From Octopus bimaculoides (taxonomy: Eukaryota): a DNA stretch of 64,000 nt. Position 1 is the first letter of the stretch; every line of letters begins with the position of its first letter. Positions 38,816 through 50,660 of this stretch are shown in pieces. The notes beneath the pieces were generated by a model, which was given only the letters and a program-made list of their open reading frames with translations, was not told where the DNA came from and searched no databases. The stretch is taken from NCBI RefSeq assembly GCF_001194135.2, contig NC_068986.1, positions 96,448,326-96,512,325 of the forward strand, given 5' to 3'. The position numbers were made by a program, and so were the translations under genes.

Positions 38816-39809
38816 ACATGACATACCAGCCTCTGCAAGAAAGAACGTGTTGACTAGTATTATGCAAAACAAAGAAGCATTTTATGAGTACAAGAAAACG
38901 TGGTGGGAATATGTACTGGCGATACATGTACCAAGGGTGCATGGAGTCTGTGTCAGTGAAGAAAGACACATAGTTTGAAGGTGGCACCCTTCCTCTTAGG
39001 AAGGTAGTGCTTTTTCTTCAGTCTGGTTTTGTGTTGAAGAACTGGGGATGGACCACTGCACAGCTGTTAATTATAACAGCTATGTTAGGAAAATATGTGT
39101 GGAGGACTTGCTCCATTATCCAGTTAAGGTTGGTGGTCCTGGGAAGATTGTTGAGATGTTTGTTTTTTAAAAATATTTAATTTGTAATGCTCTATTTTGA
39201 TTTTAGATAAATCTTTTAAGTTTGTGCTATAAGTTTCTTATTTTGAGAAATATTTAATTTGTAATGTGCTGGTTATTGCATTAAATGCATATTGAATACT
39301 TAAAACTACAAAATACATGTTGTTTACTTGTTTTTTGTCATTGAGGTGGTTGTGAAGTGTGCTAAAAAAACAGTTAAATAACTGCTAAATAGGCCTTAAA
39401 TCACCCCCCCCCCAATTTTTTTTTGCATAATCGTATGAAGTCCCACACGTAGAATACAAATACACAAAAATTTTCTGAAAATTCCCAAAATAAAAAAGTT
39501 ATGAGGGGTTATATGTCGTGTGTAATTCATTTGGTTATGGTTTCATATAAACGCACAAGTGCTATTTTCAGGATGTTGACAAAATGTGCTGTCATGCACA
39601 AAATAATAGCTTTCAAATCTTGTTTCCTGACCGGGTGAAAATGATTAAACTTTAAAACACTATAACTTTTTAAAAACATTTTTCTGGAAAAAGTGAAATA
39701 ACTCCAGTAATACAACCTAGGAAACTACAGTAATGTGCCAAATTTTGAAATTTTCAATAAACGTTTTGAAATGCTGGTAGCCAAACATAACAGATCCAAG
39801 AAGCTTCTT

Positions 39810-40025
39810 ACCACTCGCCCACAGACCAGACTATCAGATGTTACAAATCGCTGGTCATGATGCACTTTGCCTTGTTTTTACCTTCCAGTGACGCCACCCC
39901 GCTGGCTGGACGAGCAGGCAAATATTCCCCCTGATTGAAAGTGGGGTTGGAACAACGTGAAATAAAGTGTTTTGCTCAAGGACTGAACGTACTGTCCGGT
40001 CTGGGGATGGAACCCACGATCTATT
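39810..40025 (-). mobile_element. SINE fragment (separate family)
   Basis: aacaacgtgaaataaagtgttttgctcaagga...ggatggaacccacgatc is the reverse of a tRNA-like B-box head plus central domain. Confidence 0.55.
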
Positions 40026-40545
40026 TATATTTTTTTAATTAATTTTAGCTATAAATGCTAGCGTATCTAGCTTTAAAGCCGAATATTGATTTAGCAACAC
40101 TGGCACCAGGATTTCAGAATCCGTGGAAACGTCTTCGATAACAAGGAAGCCCTGCCGTTGTCGATATCATTGTTTTCATCTCTCTCTCCCTCCTTATATG
40201 CGCGCACACGTGTATGAAATATTTAGAAAAGAAAATCCACAGGTGTAAGCAAAACCTAGAAACGAGAGGCTTCAAAGTAAATCTGGAAATAGCCATGATC
40301 GATATACTAAAAATAAATGGGTGGGTATCTATTACTAATGCTTCTCAAACTGACAACTACCACTCTACCAAAAAATATTATTCATTTTAACGTCTCCAAT
40401 CCATTTCTATTAATTAAAAGACAAAATAGGACATTCCTAAAGAATAGAGTCGGAAATTATTTAGTGTTCCAGAAAACCGTAATTCCTCCAAATCTGATCA
40501 TTTTAATCACTGTAGATTACGAATTAGAAAGAAAATCCCTCTTAC

Positions 40546-40579
40546 CCTTCCTTTCCCGTAATTTTTCCAGGTCCGACAT
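40546..40579 (-). CDS. Probable first coding exon of a leftward gene (MSDLEKLRERK, phase 1)
   Basis: gaaaATG context, donor AAGG|GTAAGA, located at the edge of the CpG-rich block. Product not recognised. Confidence 0.5.
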
Positions 40580-40599
40580 TTTCCCGAAAATTTCTTCGG

Positions 40600-40840
40600 A
40601 TGTTTAATCTCAGATGTTCAATACATAGATCGGAAAAAAGTTTCAAAGAAAATAAAAAGTGTAAAATCACGAGGAAAAAAAAGAGCGGGGGGAGGGTATC
40701 ACAAAAAGAAACTGTAGATTCGTAGTCTGTGATGCTTTAAAACAGGTTAACATGCAGTTTACCGTCGTGAATAAATGAAAGCAAATTGTCTTTAAAAATG
40801 AAAGTATATTGCGAGAGAAACCCGAAGTGACGACAGTACT
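40600..40840 (-). promoter_or_regulatory. Putative promoter/5' UTR region of the leftward gene
   Basis: CpG-retaining, non-repetitive sequence upstream of the ATG, with an ETS-like ccgaagtg at ~40822. Inference only. Confidence 0.3.
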
Positions 40841-41040
40841 TATACCAGCAATTTATGAAACATTTGGTATCTGTTTGAAGGGCTTTCTATGTGGATCTCA
40901 GCATCTTTTATACTTATCAAGTTGTCAACGATTCACTCAATTTTGTTGATCCAAATGATGACAGCATCTACAAAAGGATGATGGATGCTCACCAAGAAGA
41001 AACTTTAGGCGACAATGCTGATTTATTTACATATCTACAT
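40840..41040 (+). mobile_element. Degenerate Merlin/ISXO2-like transposase fragment
   Basis: YQVVNDSLNFVDPNDDSI resembles the H..VNHS.NFVDP motif of IS1595/Merlin transposases. Confidence 0.4.
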
Positions 41041-41806
41041 GAGCATGTATAGCGAAACAAATTTAGCGATCTTGAAAAATCATTTACGAATTTAATTTCA
41101 TGGTTTGTGTACTGAATACATCGGTTATATTACATACATTGTTTACATGAAATTACGAAATGTCACTCTCGTCATTTTCGGTTTCTATCGCATTATACTT
41201 TCATTTTTTAAAAGCAATTTTCTTCCACTATTTTGTCAAGTTAAACTGCATGTTAACCTTCATACAGACCCGAACAAATTACGGTTTTTGGTGCACAAGA
41301 TACGAGTAATTTGTGATTATTTTTCTATAAGAATACAGCCATAAAATGCTTGTTTATTCACGCTGAATTTACTGTATGGTGTACGACAGTCATGGGCAAA
41401 AACTGCGACCTGCAGGATTTTCTGATTGGCACCCCTAACCAGTGCTGGATTAACCATAAAGCAAAATAACCACGTACTTAGGACAGCAAGGGAAAGGGGC
41501 ACTACAGAAATGGTAAAATGATTGTGACTCAAAAGAAATCACTTTAAACTTGCTAAAATAATATTCAGAGTGGTTTTTTTATGATTGGAAATATAATTTC
41601 GAAGTGTTCATGGTACCATAGTGAGGATCTGATCAAAGATTACGCTATTAAAAAAAAAAGTCAGAGAAAACTTTTGAAAAATAAATAAATTTGGTCGTAT
41701 ATAAAGATAAGTATTATTTTCCATCTTTTATTTTGAAAAGTTTGAATTTATTTTATGGTATTGTTTATATTTTGAATTATATGTATCTGTTAAAGTCTGT
41801 CATACC

Positions 41807-41846
41807 GGCCATGACGAAGGGAAATAGCCCTGAAACTCGAGTCGCC
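41807..41846 (+). ncRNA. Type I hammerhead-ribozyme-like motif
   Basis: GGC-C-A-TGACGA-AGGG AAATAG CCCT-GAAA-CTCGAG-TC-GCC: helix I 3 bp, helix II 4 bp, palindromic helix III, GTC site at 41841-41843. There is one extra base in the CUGANGA box. Confidence 0.55.
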
Positions 41847-42839
41847 TTTATATATTTATATTTATATATTTGATCCTTTATATTGAACACTCAATATTTC
41901 ATCTACATTCAATACTTTCTTTCATGGTGCCATCCATTTTAATTTTATTTTATATTATATTATATATTGTATATTCCATATTCTATACCCCACATTGGTT
42001 CTGCAGGAATATAAATAAAACATAAAAAACAGACAGTGTTGAAACTCTTTTAAACAAAATAATATATTCCTCTATACACAATCATACAAAAAACCCACCT
42101 TTTTTGTATTTATTTTTACTCGCATANNNNNNNNNNNNNNNNNNNNNNNNNNNNNNNNNNNNNNNNNNNNNNNNNNNNNNNNNNNNNNNNNNNNNNNNNN
42201 NNNNNNNNNNNNNNNNNNNNNNNNNNNNNNNNNNNNNNNNNNNNNNNNNNNNNNNNNNNNNNNNNNNNNNNNNNNNNNNACCAAACTCTTCGTTAATATT
42301 TCAATTCCTTCACCGACGGTGTAATCAACAGTAATATTTAGATCTGTTATCAGGTACTCTATAGATTATCTTCTTGAATGTAAGTAAATAAATAGTCTTT
42401 TATAAACTAGTTTTCATAAAAATTATTTTCGTCATTTCTGTGCTGAAAATTAAATTTACTGCTGTCTTAAAAATACGTGTGTTTCAATTCGTTCCTAATG
42501 AAGCAAAAGAAACATTTTATTGAACGTTGAATTGACTGTATTGTTTTTTTTTTTTTACGTTCAGTGAAAAGCGACATTTTGGGCGGGGGTGGGGTCAACG
42601 CGCTAAAATAATAGCGAAGAAATTGAAGCACAAGCTAATGCTATTGCACAGATAATCACTGAACGATGTCGATCAGAATCATGTTAGGAAGTTACCATAG
42701 AACTTGAATAAAGAGAGGAAGAAAATGTTGGAAATTTACCTGAGAAAGAAGCCTCACTTGACGGGTCGACAAAATGTCCATAATTTGGTATACCTACTCA
42801 AGTTTACCCCTCAAGTATACCTACTGAAAAATACTCCAT

Positions 42840-44830
42840 TGATTTTATTTGCTCATAACTTTAAGACAAATTGAAATTTTTTAGTGAAATTTTCTACAAA
42901 TATATTTCAGATATAGATTACTATTATATCGCAATTTAATGTGGAAGAAAAAATGATGGGCGTGCACTGAAACCTAATACTGATATACATCACAAAATGA
43001 TGCAATGTGTGTCAGAATTTTTTTTTTACATTAAATTCAATACAATCGTAATCTTCGTAATATATATTTGTAGAAATTTCATTAAAAAACTCTATTTTTT
43101 GAAAGTCAGTGGTGGTACAACTTATGCATGTATGCCTTTAAATGAACAGTGGATGGAATAAGATCATATAACTAGTGTTATCGGCATAACTACATAGTTT
43201 TACCCCCCAGACTTTGGGAGGTCATAACTTTCAGAAAAATGAATATTTTTTAATGAAATTTTCTATGCATATAGTATTTACTATGTAGAATCCGAATATA
43301 CAAACATTTCCGGTGAAAGTGTTTTGGAATGGGGGTGGGGGACAATTTTCGGAAATTCCAACAGAGTCCACTTAAATTCTTCTTAACTTCCAGGAAAATT
43401 AATATTTTTTCGTGAAATTTTTTACAAATATACCTTGATGTATGTACATTTCGAGCATGTAGGAATTTTGAAGGAAACAATTGCAGGTTATTTTTGAGAA
43501 GTGTTCCCCACTCGGTGGTGTTTCGGAGCAAGTCGTCCATAATTGTTTCATTTTTCTGTATTATGTGCGTATGTGCATCCGTAGATTTCTAATGAAGTAA
43601 TACGCTGCTTCTGTTCTCTTCTATTTCTCTACTAGAAACGTTTACTTTGGAATTTACTTCTAAAATTTTTGTGAACTTAATCTAGTTACTGCCAAATTGA
43701 AACTTTACAAAAACATCTTGAGTTTGTGAATAAATCTCTAATATATTTTAGGCAGATATTTAGAAATCTTACAATAGAAACAATTTCTGATGTCTACTTT
43801 TTCTTTAGAACAATAGTCGACTTCTCTGAATCTATCTTTTGCATCGTAACTATTCACAAAAGACGAAATCATGAAGCCAAGTCTCCTTATAGAAATAGAG
43901 GAATTTTATGGTTAAGGTGAAATAATGAGATTAAATTCTCTCAGTCAGTACAATATGACCAAGAACTGATGATTTATTTGTGTGAAAATTTAAAAGAACA
44001 TATCTTGTGAAAATTATAGAATTCACTATTGTTAACATATGAATGAAAAATACCGACTGAGCACAGCTTTGGTGTGTTTCCCAGATGTTTCTGACAATAA
44101 ACTATTTATAGTGAAACGTTATCATGTACTTTGGAGGAGAAATCACTGGAAGGCCATTGTTCAATAGCATTGATCATTATCTGGATAAAGCTCGAATTCC
44201 CTGGGAGATGTGATTCCCTAATTACTGACGAGGGTCCGATATTGACGGGTATTCTGTCGTGTAGTTGCGCGTATGAAATACGTTTCTACTCTGCATCGTC
44301 ACTGATGGCATAATTTACATTAAATTATTGATTAAATAAAAAAGAAAACAGGCATATTTCCACATGTATGCCACCCGCACAATTTTGTTTCCTCTTAACT
44401 CAGAAAAATGGTTATTTTTAATGAAATTTTCTACAAATACATTCCAAATGACGCAGATTCCGATTGTTTCAGAATTTGTTGTGAAAAGTTTTTTTAGGAG
44501 GAGGATAAGAATTTTGGATAATTCACACGCGTCAACTTTTGTTTCTCACAACTTTCAGAAAAATGACTATATTTTAATGAAATTTTCTACAATACCTTTC
44601 TGATGATGTAGATTACAATTACATCGGAATTTGTTTTGAAAAAAATTGTTGAGTGCGCGCGCACGCACTCCCTGAAACTAGATATTTTTGAAAAAATGTG
44701 ATGCGTGCCAGTGTTGTGCGCGCCCACTCTTTTCTTCACATCAAATTCCAATATAATCATAATCTACATCATCTGAACGGTATTTGTAGAAAATTTCATT
44801 AAAAAATAGTTATTTTCTGAAACATATAAG
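42840..44830. repeat. Cluster of ~110-bp MITE-like modules in both orientations
   Basis: ttttaatgaaattttctac motif at about 42880, 43250, 44415 and 44575 (+) and about 43070 and 44785 (-). Confidence 0.65.
43840..44310 (+). mobile_element. Degenerate hAT (Charlie/GTF2IRD2-like) transposase, central part
   Basis: ITGRPLFNSIDHYLDKARIPWE then ITDEGPILTG, resembling TTG..IF...W...TDGAP.M.G. Stops and frameshifts are present. Confidence 0.55.
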
Positions 44831-45544
44831 GAAACAAGGTGGCGTGAGGTGGAGAGCGCACTTGTAAGGTGTGCCAAAAAACTAAGGAAAATAGCGAACT
44901 AGAAAAGTTATTTAATGTTGTTCAAAAGTACGTTAATCTCACAAGCATACATTTAAAGCAGTGATACTGCATGTTTCAGAGATATAGCGAAGACATATAT
45001 ATCAAAACAGCTTTTTGGTTTTATATTTTCCAATTCAGTGGTTTTCGACAGAATGTTCTAGTCTGTTTCCAAACTTTGCTTGGGAATCCTGGCATTGCTC
45101 ACTTAATAAATAACAAGACTGACTTTATGATTTTGTTCGGTGACTCAAAGTAGATCATTACATTGGGTTACATAGGGAGAGGTCTTCGATTTATGATCAC
45201 ATGCTGGAAGTGAGAAATTATTGTAATCAATTTTGTGGGGCTGGGGAGGGGATTGAAATGTTTAAAGAATTTTTTCATAATTTGTAATTTCCGTAATTTA
45301 AAACATGGAATTAAAAAGATAAATATAAATATTGATTAAAATGCAAAAATTCTTTTTGTGAGGATAGTGGGGCAAAAATTAGAATTAAAATTTTATTTCT
45401 GTTTTATTTTGGCAAAATCGTAATCTCCACCGTTGTAAAATAGAGTCCAAAGCAATTTTTGAAAAATATAAACTAAAAAATTAAGGAGTGCGATGCATAT
45501 TTGACACGTCCATCTGGACATTGCCGAATAAATGTCAATATTTC

Positions 45545-45795
45545 CAGGGTAAGAGTCTTTCATAGCCTTGTAGCCTTGGGTCGACCAAAATCTTGTACGT
45601 GGATTGGGTAGATGGAAACTGAAAGAAGCCCATCGTATATGTGTGTGTGTGTGGATCTTGACAACCGGTGTTGGTGTGTTTATGCCTCCTTAACTTAACG
45701 ACTCGGCAAATAGATTAAGTACTAGGTTTAAAATAAATAGAAGTACTGGGGTCGATTCGTTCGACTGAAATTCTTAAAATGACTGAAACAAGACG
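45545..45795 (+). mobile_element. SINE family C, decayed
   Basis: ggattgggtagatggaaactgaaagaagccc...ggggtcgattcgttcgact. Confidence 0.7.
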
Positions 45796-46538
45796 TGTGT
45801 GTTAATAATACTAAAACTCCAGAGATGTTTGTGTGTACCCGAAAAATCTCAGAAATAGTATATTTTATCTTAATTTTTTTTTGCATATTTATTTTCATAC
45901 TTATCTTCGGCAGTGCAGTACAAATTTTTGTGATATTTGGACCACCATTTATTAATGAAAACGGTTAAACACAAATTTTGTTTGTTATTTCTTGAAAAAA
46001 AAAGAAAAAAAAAATAGCATGGCTTCTGTGACGTCAACACATACAAAACACACACACATAATGAATGTCATGGCGTGTCAATCAACACAAACACACGTCC
46101 ACTATCTGCGACATATACACACACATAGTCTTCTTGCTCTCCAAAGACAAAAAAGTCGGCTTTTTGACGTACACAATCTTTGAATCATTTAGAAATATTT
46201 TTAACTGAATGTAATTTCAAAAATGCAAGTTGCTTGTACAGTAAGTATTTATATTTTAGCTTTCTTTAAACAGTTCGTTAATTTCCGTAAAAAGGTTTTA
46301 TTTATTTACTTTTGCTTTAAAGTGAAAGAGAGAGAAAGTGAAAGATGTATATACGTGCATATGAAATGGACGTGTATGTGAAAGAGAGAGAGAGAATGAA
46401 AGAAAGAGAGGGAGAGAGAGTGAGTGAAGGGGTTTGTTGTCATGTATTCGTACATACATCAATACATATTCGTACATCTTTTTTGTATGTATGTGTGTGA
46501 GAGAGAGAGAGAGTGAACGTGTGTGTTCTCATGTAAGT

Positions 46539-46575
<37 letters not shown>

Positions 46576-47504
46576 ACTCACTCACTCACTCACTCACTCA
46601 CTCACTCACTCACTCACTCACTCACACACACACACACACGTACACACGTCTATTTCATACACGTTCATACCTCTTTCACTTTAAAACAAAAGTAAATAAA
46701 TAAAAATTTTTACGGAAATTAAAGAACAAAACCAGCTGATCTGGATGACAGTTTTGAGAGTCAAAGCGAAAGATCGCCCCAAAGGNNNNNNNNNNNNNNN
46801 NNNNNNNNNNNNNNNNNNNNNNNNNNNNNNNNNNNNNNNNNNNNNNNNNNNNNNNNNNNNNNNNNNNNNNNNNNNNNNNNNNNNNNNNNNNNNNNNNNNN
46901 NNNNNNNNNNNNNNNNNNNNNNNNNNNNNNNNNNNNNNNNNNNNNNNNNNNNNNNNNNNNNNNNNNNNNNNNNNNNNNNNNNNNNNNNNNNNNNNNNNNN
47001 NNNNNNNNNNNNNNNNNNNNNNNNNNNNNNNNNNNNNNNNNNNNNNNNNNNNNNNNNNNNNNNNNNNNNNNNNNNNNNNNNNNNNNNNNNNNNNNNNNNN
47101 NNNNNNNNNNNNNNNNNNNNNNNNNNNNNNNNNNNNNNNNNNNNNNNNNNNNNNNNNNNNNNNNNNNNNNNNNNNNNNNNNNNNNNNNNNNNNNNNNNNN
47201 NNNNNNNNNNNNNNNNNNNNNNNNNNNNNNNNNNNNNNNNNNNNNNNNNNNNNNNNNNNNNNNNNNNNNNNNNNNNNNNNNNNNNNNNNNNNNNNNNNNN
47301 NAAAAAACGTTGAATAAAGGGAAGTTACTCTAATAGGCGTGGAAAATAAAAGTAAAAGATATAAAATATATAAAATTATTATAAAAGTACACGCGACCAC
47401 ATACTCATAAAGATAGAAATCTTCGTTCATTGAATCTACATACGTACACATGTATATATATATATATATATATATATACATACATACATACATAGTTGGA
47501 ATTC

Positions 47505-48180
47505 ACAAGAAAAAGGAAACAAAAGACGAAGACGGGTATGTAAACAACAAACATGTATTAGTTTAACGCTCGGGAAATGAGAAAGTCTTTTACGTTTCGA
47601 GCCTACGCTCTTCAACAGAAAGGAATACAGAAATGAGCAGAGAGAGAGAAAAAAAATGATTAAAGAAACGACAATAGGAAAAAGAAAGTACAAAAAAAAA
47701 AAATGTTCAGAAAAGTTCAAAAGGTTCAAATGTCGTGGTGTATGAACGATTTCTCATCAACGAAAGAGTCCGGTGTAATCCATGTGAAAACCAGGTGGAA
47801 GTCCAAAGTGTAGGAGTCCGAAGTGTAGAAGGTGTAGAAAATCGAAGTGTATGAGGTAGAGACAAGATGAAACTGGTGCGACCACGTGAGCGTGCAATAC
47901 ATATAGTTGTAATTTACAAAAAAAAAAAAAAAGGGAAAAAGAAAAAACAAAGCAAAAGACGAAGACGGGTGTGTAAACAACAAACAGATGTATTAGTTTA
48001 ACGCACGGGAAGTGAGAAAGTCTTTTACGTTTCGAGTCTACTCTCTTCAACAGAAAGGAACACAGAAATATGCAGAGAGAGAAAATAAAAAAAAAGTTTA
48101 AGAAACGACAATAGGAAAAAGCAGAAAGTACAAAAAAAAAAAAAAACGCCCAGAAAGGTTCAAACGTCGTGGTGTATGGG
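47505..48180 (-). mobile_element. Tandem ~435-bp repeat (retrozyme- or Penelope pLTR-like) with two hammerhead-like motifs
   Basis: 47505-47740 is repeated at 47940-48180. Motifs at 47587-47622 and 48022-48057 read CTTT-CTGTTGA-A-GAG(C/A)GTAG(G/A)CTC-GAAA-CG-TA-AAAG on the minus strand. Confidence 0.55.
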
Positions 48181-48347
48181 ATCGATTACACATACATATA
48201 TATATGTGTCCATACACATTATTATGCTCATATACACACATCATACACATTATTATGCTCATATACACACCTCTACACGCACACGCATATACATATATAT
48301 GTATATGCATGCATATGTATAAAAATATATATATATAAACATATTGA

Positions 48348-48721
48348 TGGCACTCCGTCGCTTACGACGTCGAGGGTTCCAGTTGATCCGATCAATGGAA
48401 CAGCCTGCTCGTGAAATTAACGTGCAAGTGGCTGAGCACTCCACAGACATGTGTACCCTTAACGTAGTTCTCGGGGATATTCAGCGTGATACAGTGTGAC
48501 AAGGCTGACCCTTTGAATTACAGGCACAACAAAAATAGGAAGTAAGAGAAAGTTGTGGTGAAAGAGTACAGCAGGGTTTGCCACCATCCCCTGCCGGAGC
48601 CTCGTGGAGCTTTTAGGTGTTTTCGCTCAATAAACACTCACAACACCCGGTCTGGGAATCGAAACCGCGATCCTATGACCGCGAGTCCGCTGCCCTAACC
48701 ACTGGGCCATTGCGCCTCCAC
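48348..48721 (-). mobile_element. tRNA(Arg)-like-headed SINE, full length, CpGs largely intact
   Basis: Reverse complement of 3403-3787. Confidence 0.88.
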
Positions 48722-48765
48722 ATATAAACATAAAAATATAAGAATACGCACACGCATATATATTC

Positions 48766-48965
48766 TTTTATTCTTTTACTTGTTTCAGTCATTTGACTGC
48801 GGCCATGCTGGAGCACCGCCTTTAGTCAAACAAATCGACCCCAGGATTTATTCTTTGTAAGCCTAGTACTTATTCTATCGGTCTCTTTTGCCGAATCGTT
48901 AAGTTACAGTGACGTAAAACACCAATATCGGTTGTTAAGCCACGGCAGAGGTACAAACACAAACA
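48766..48965 (-). mobile_element. SINE family C 3' part
   Basis: ttcttttacttgtttcagtcatttgactgcggccatgctggagcaccgcc. Confidence 0.8.
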
Positions 48966-49199
48966 CACAAATACATACATACATACATACATGGTCATTC
49001 ATGACCGAAAGGGGTCTTTATATATATTCGTGGGGACTTAGCAAGTTCCTGGGATTTCAGGCTGTTAGGACTTTGGGAAAAAAATGTCAATAAGGTAGAT
49101 TTCTCCAATTTTCCTCACAAGTAAAGACAGATTTGACGGAGACAGATTTCGTCTTTCAAATTTTTAATGCCGAAAAGTACTTTCATACAGAGGAACACA

Positions 49200-49480
49200 G
49201 ATGACTAAAGCAATTAAGATGGGTGTTAAACCCATTTGACCCTGCTTTTAGCTAAGTTAAAGGCAAATAGTCAACTTTGTAGTGAAACATCAAGCTGGTG
49301 TGGGTAGGAAAATTTTCATCGTTAACTGTCATGCGTTTTCCTCAAATGCTGGTGGCTGAAGCTTTGAAAGTTTTGGTTCGATTCCCAAATACTATGTCAG
49401 AAAGGATTGTCTGCAATAACTCAAATAAAAGCAAAGCAAAATTTGACTTCATAAGTTAGATGCGCTGATGAAAGGTGCAC
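49200..49480 (+). mobile_element. Degenerate hAT transposase C-terminal (dimerisation) fragment
   Basis: RWVLNPF ... VAEALKVLVRFP ... CQKGLSAITQIKAKQ resembles PF.TTYLCE.GFS.L..IK.K. Confidence 0.5.
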
Positions 49481-49569
49481 TTATCTTCGAATTCTTTACA
49501 GTTCGATAATTTGATAAAAAAAAAACAAACCGCAAAAGTAACCTAGTCATTAAATCTCAGGACTTTTGT

Positions 49570-49965
49570 TATTTGGTTGGTATATCTTTTATCTTTTACT
49601 TGTTTCAGTCATTTGCTGGGGTATTGGCACCGCTTTGGAGGGTTTTAGTCGAACAAATCGACCCCAGGACTTATTTTTCTTAAGCCTAGATCTTATTCTA
49701 ATAGTCCCTTTTGCCGAACCGCTAAGTTACGGGGACGTAAACACACAAACACCGGCTGTCAAGCGGTTGTGGAGGGACAAGCACGCACACACACACACAT
49801 ACATATATGTGTGTGTGTGTATACATACACACACATATATACGATGGGCTTCTTTCAGTTTCCGTCTACCAAATCCACTCACAAAACTTTGGCCAGCCCG
49901 AGGCTATAGTAGAAGATACTTCCCCAAGGTGCCGCGCAGTGGGATTGAACCCGGAACCATGTGGT
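49570..49965 (-). mobile_element. SINE family C, near full length, CpG-rich
   Basis: Reverse complement of 14009-14405 with CpGs retained (gcccgaggctatagtagaag, gccgcgcagtgggattgaacccggaacc). Confidence 0.85.
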
Positions 49966-50660
49966 GTACATCATTGTGTGTAAGTTTGTATGAGTGGGGT
50001 GCAGGAGTGCGTGTCTTGAGTGTGGTGTATAATCGTGTGAGTGTTGTATATGATGAATATGATGAGCAGCAGTGTTGAGTGGTGTACAACAATGTATGAA
50101 TGTTAAGTATAGTATACAACCATGTGTGGGTCTGAGTGCATATGTTCAAAACAGCTTTGTTTCTATATTTTCCAGTTCGGTGGCGTGAGCTGGAGTGGGA
50201 TGTACAGCCGTGTGGATATACAGCCGTGTGTAAGTCTTGAGTGATGTGTAAAGGAGTGTCTCGAATATGGGACACAAAAGTGTGAGTTTGAGTATGGTAC
50301 ACTGCAATGTATGCATCATATGTGGTGTATTGGCAACATGCAAGACAGTGTAGTGTGTGCGGGTCTGAGATGCTGTTTTGCTCAGGTCAGCCTTGACTGA
50401 GCAGACCAGTAGTCAGAAGCGTTCCATCTACGACTATTCCATCTTTTTATATACCTAGAACTCCACTGTCCTTTGTTTTTTTAAGAGAGTAGGATTTGAT
50501 TTGAGGGAGATTTGACTGCTATTTCTTGTAGTTCAAGTGACCACGTAAGACTCTCTTATGTGACGTACAGCTGTGTGAGAAGGTGCGTATGTGTGTAAAT
50601 GTGGTGTACAGCTGAGTGTGAATCTGCATATATTAGTGTGTATAAACAGTCGTGTTTTAT
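49965..50660 (+). repeat. Degenerate GT-rich minisatellite
   Basis: Recurring gtgtggtgtaca(a/g)c(c/t)gtgtg-like units. Confidence 0.45.

Noticed and set aside
46735-46785. ctggatgacag-ttttgagagtcaaag-cgaaagatcgcc, a hairpin followed by GAAA
   Set aside because: The core has insertions, there is no NUH triplet or helix I, and the sequence runs into a gap. It may be a pLTR relic but is unsupported.
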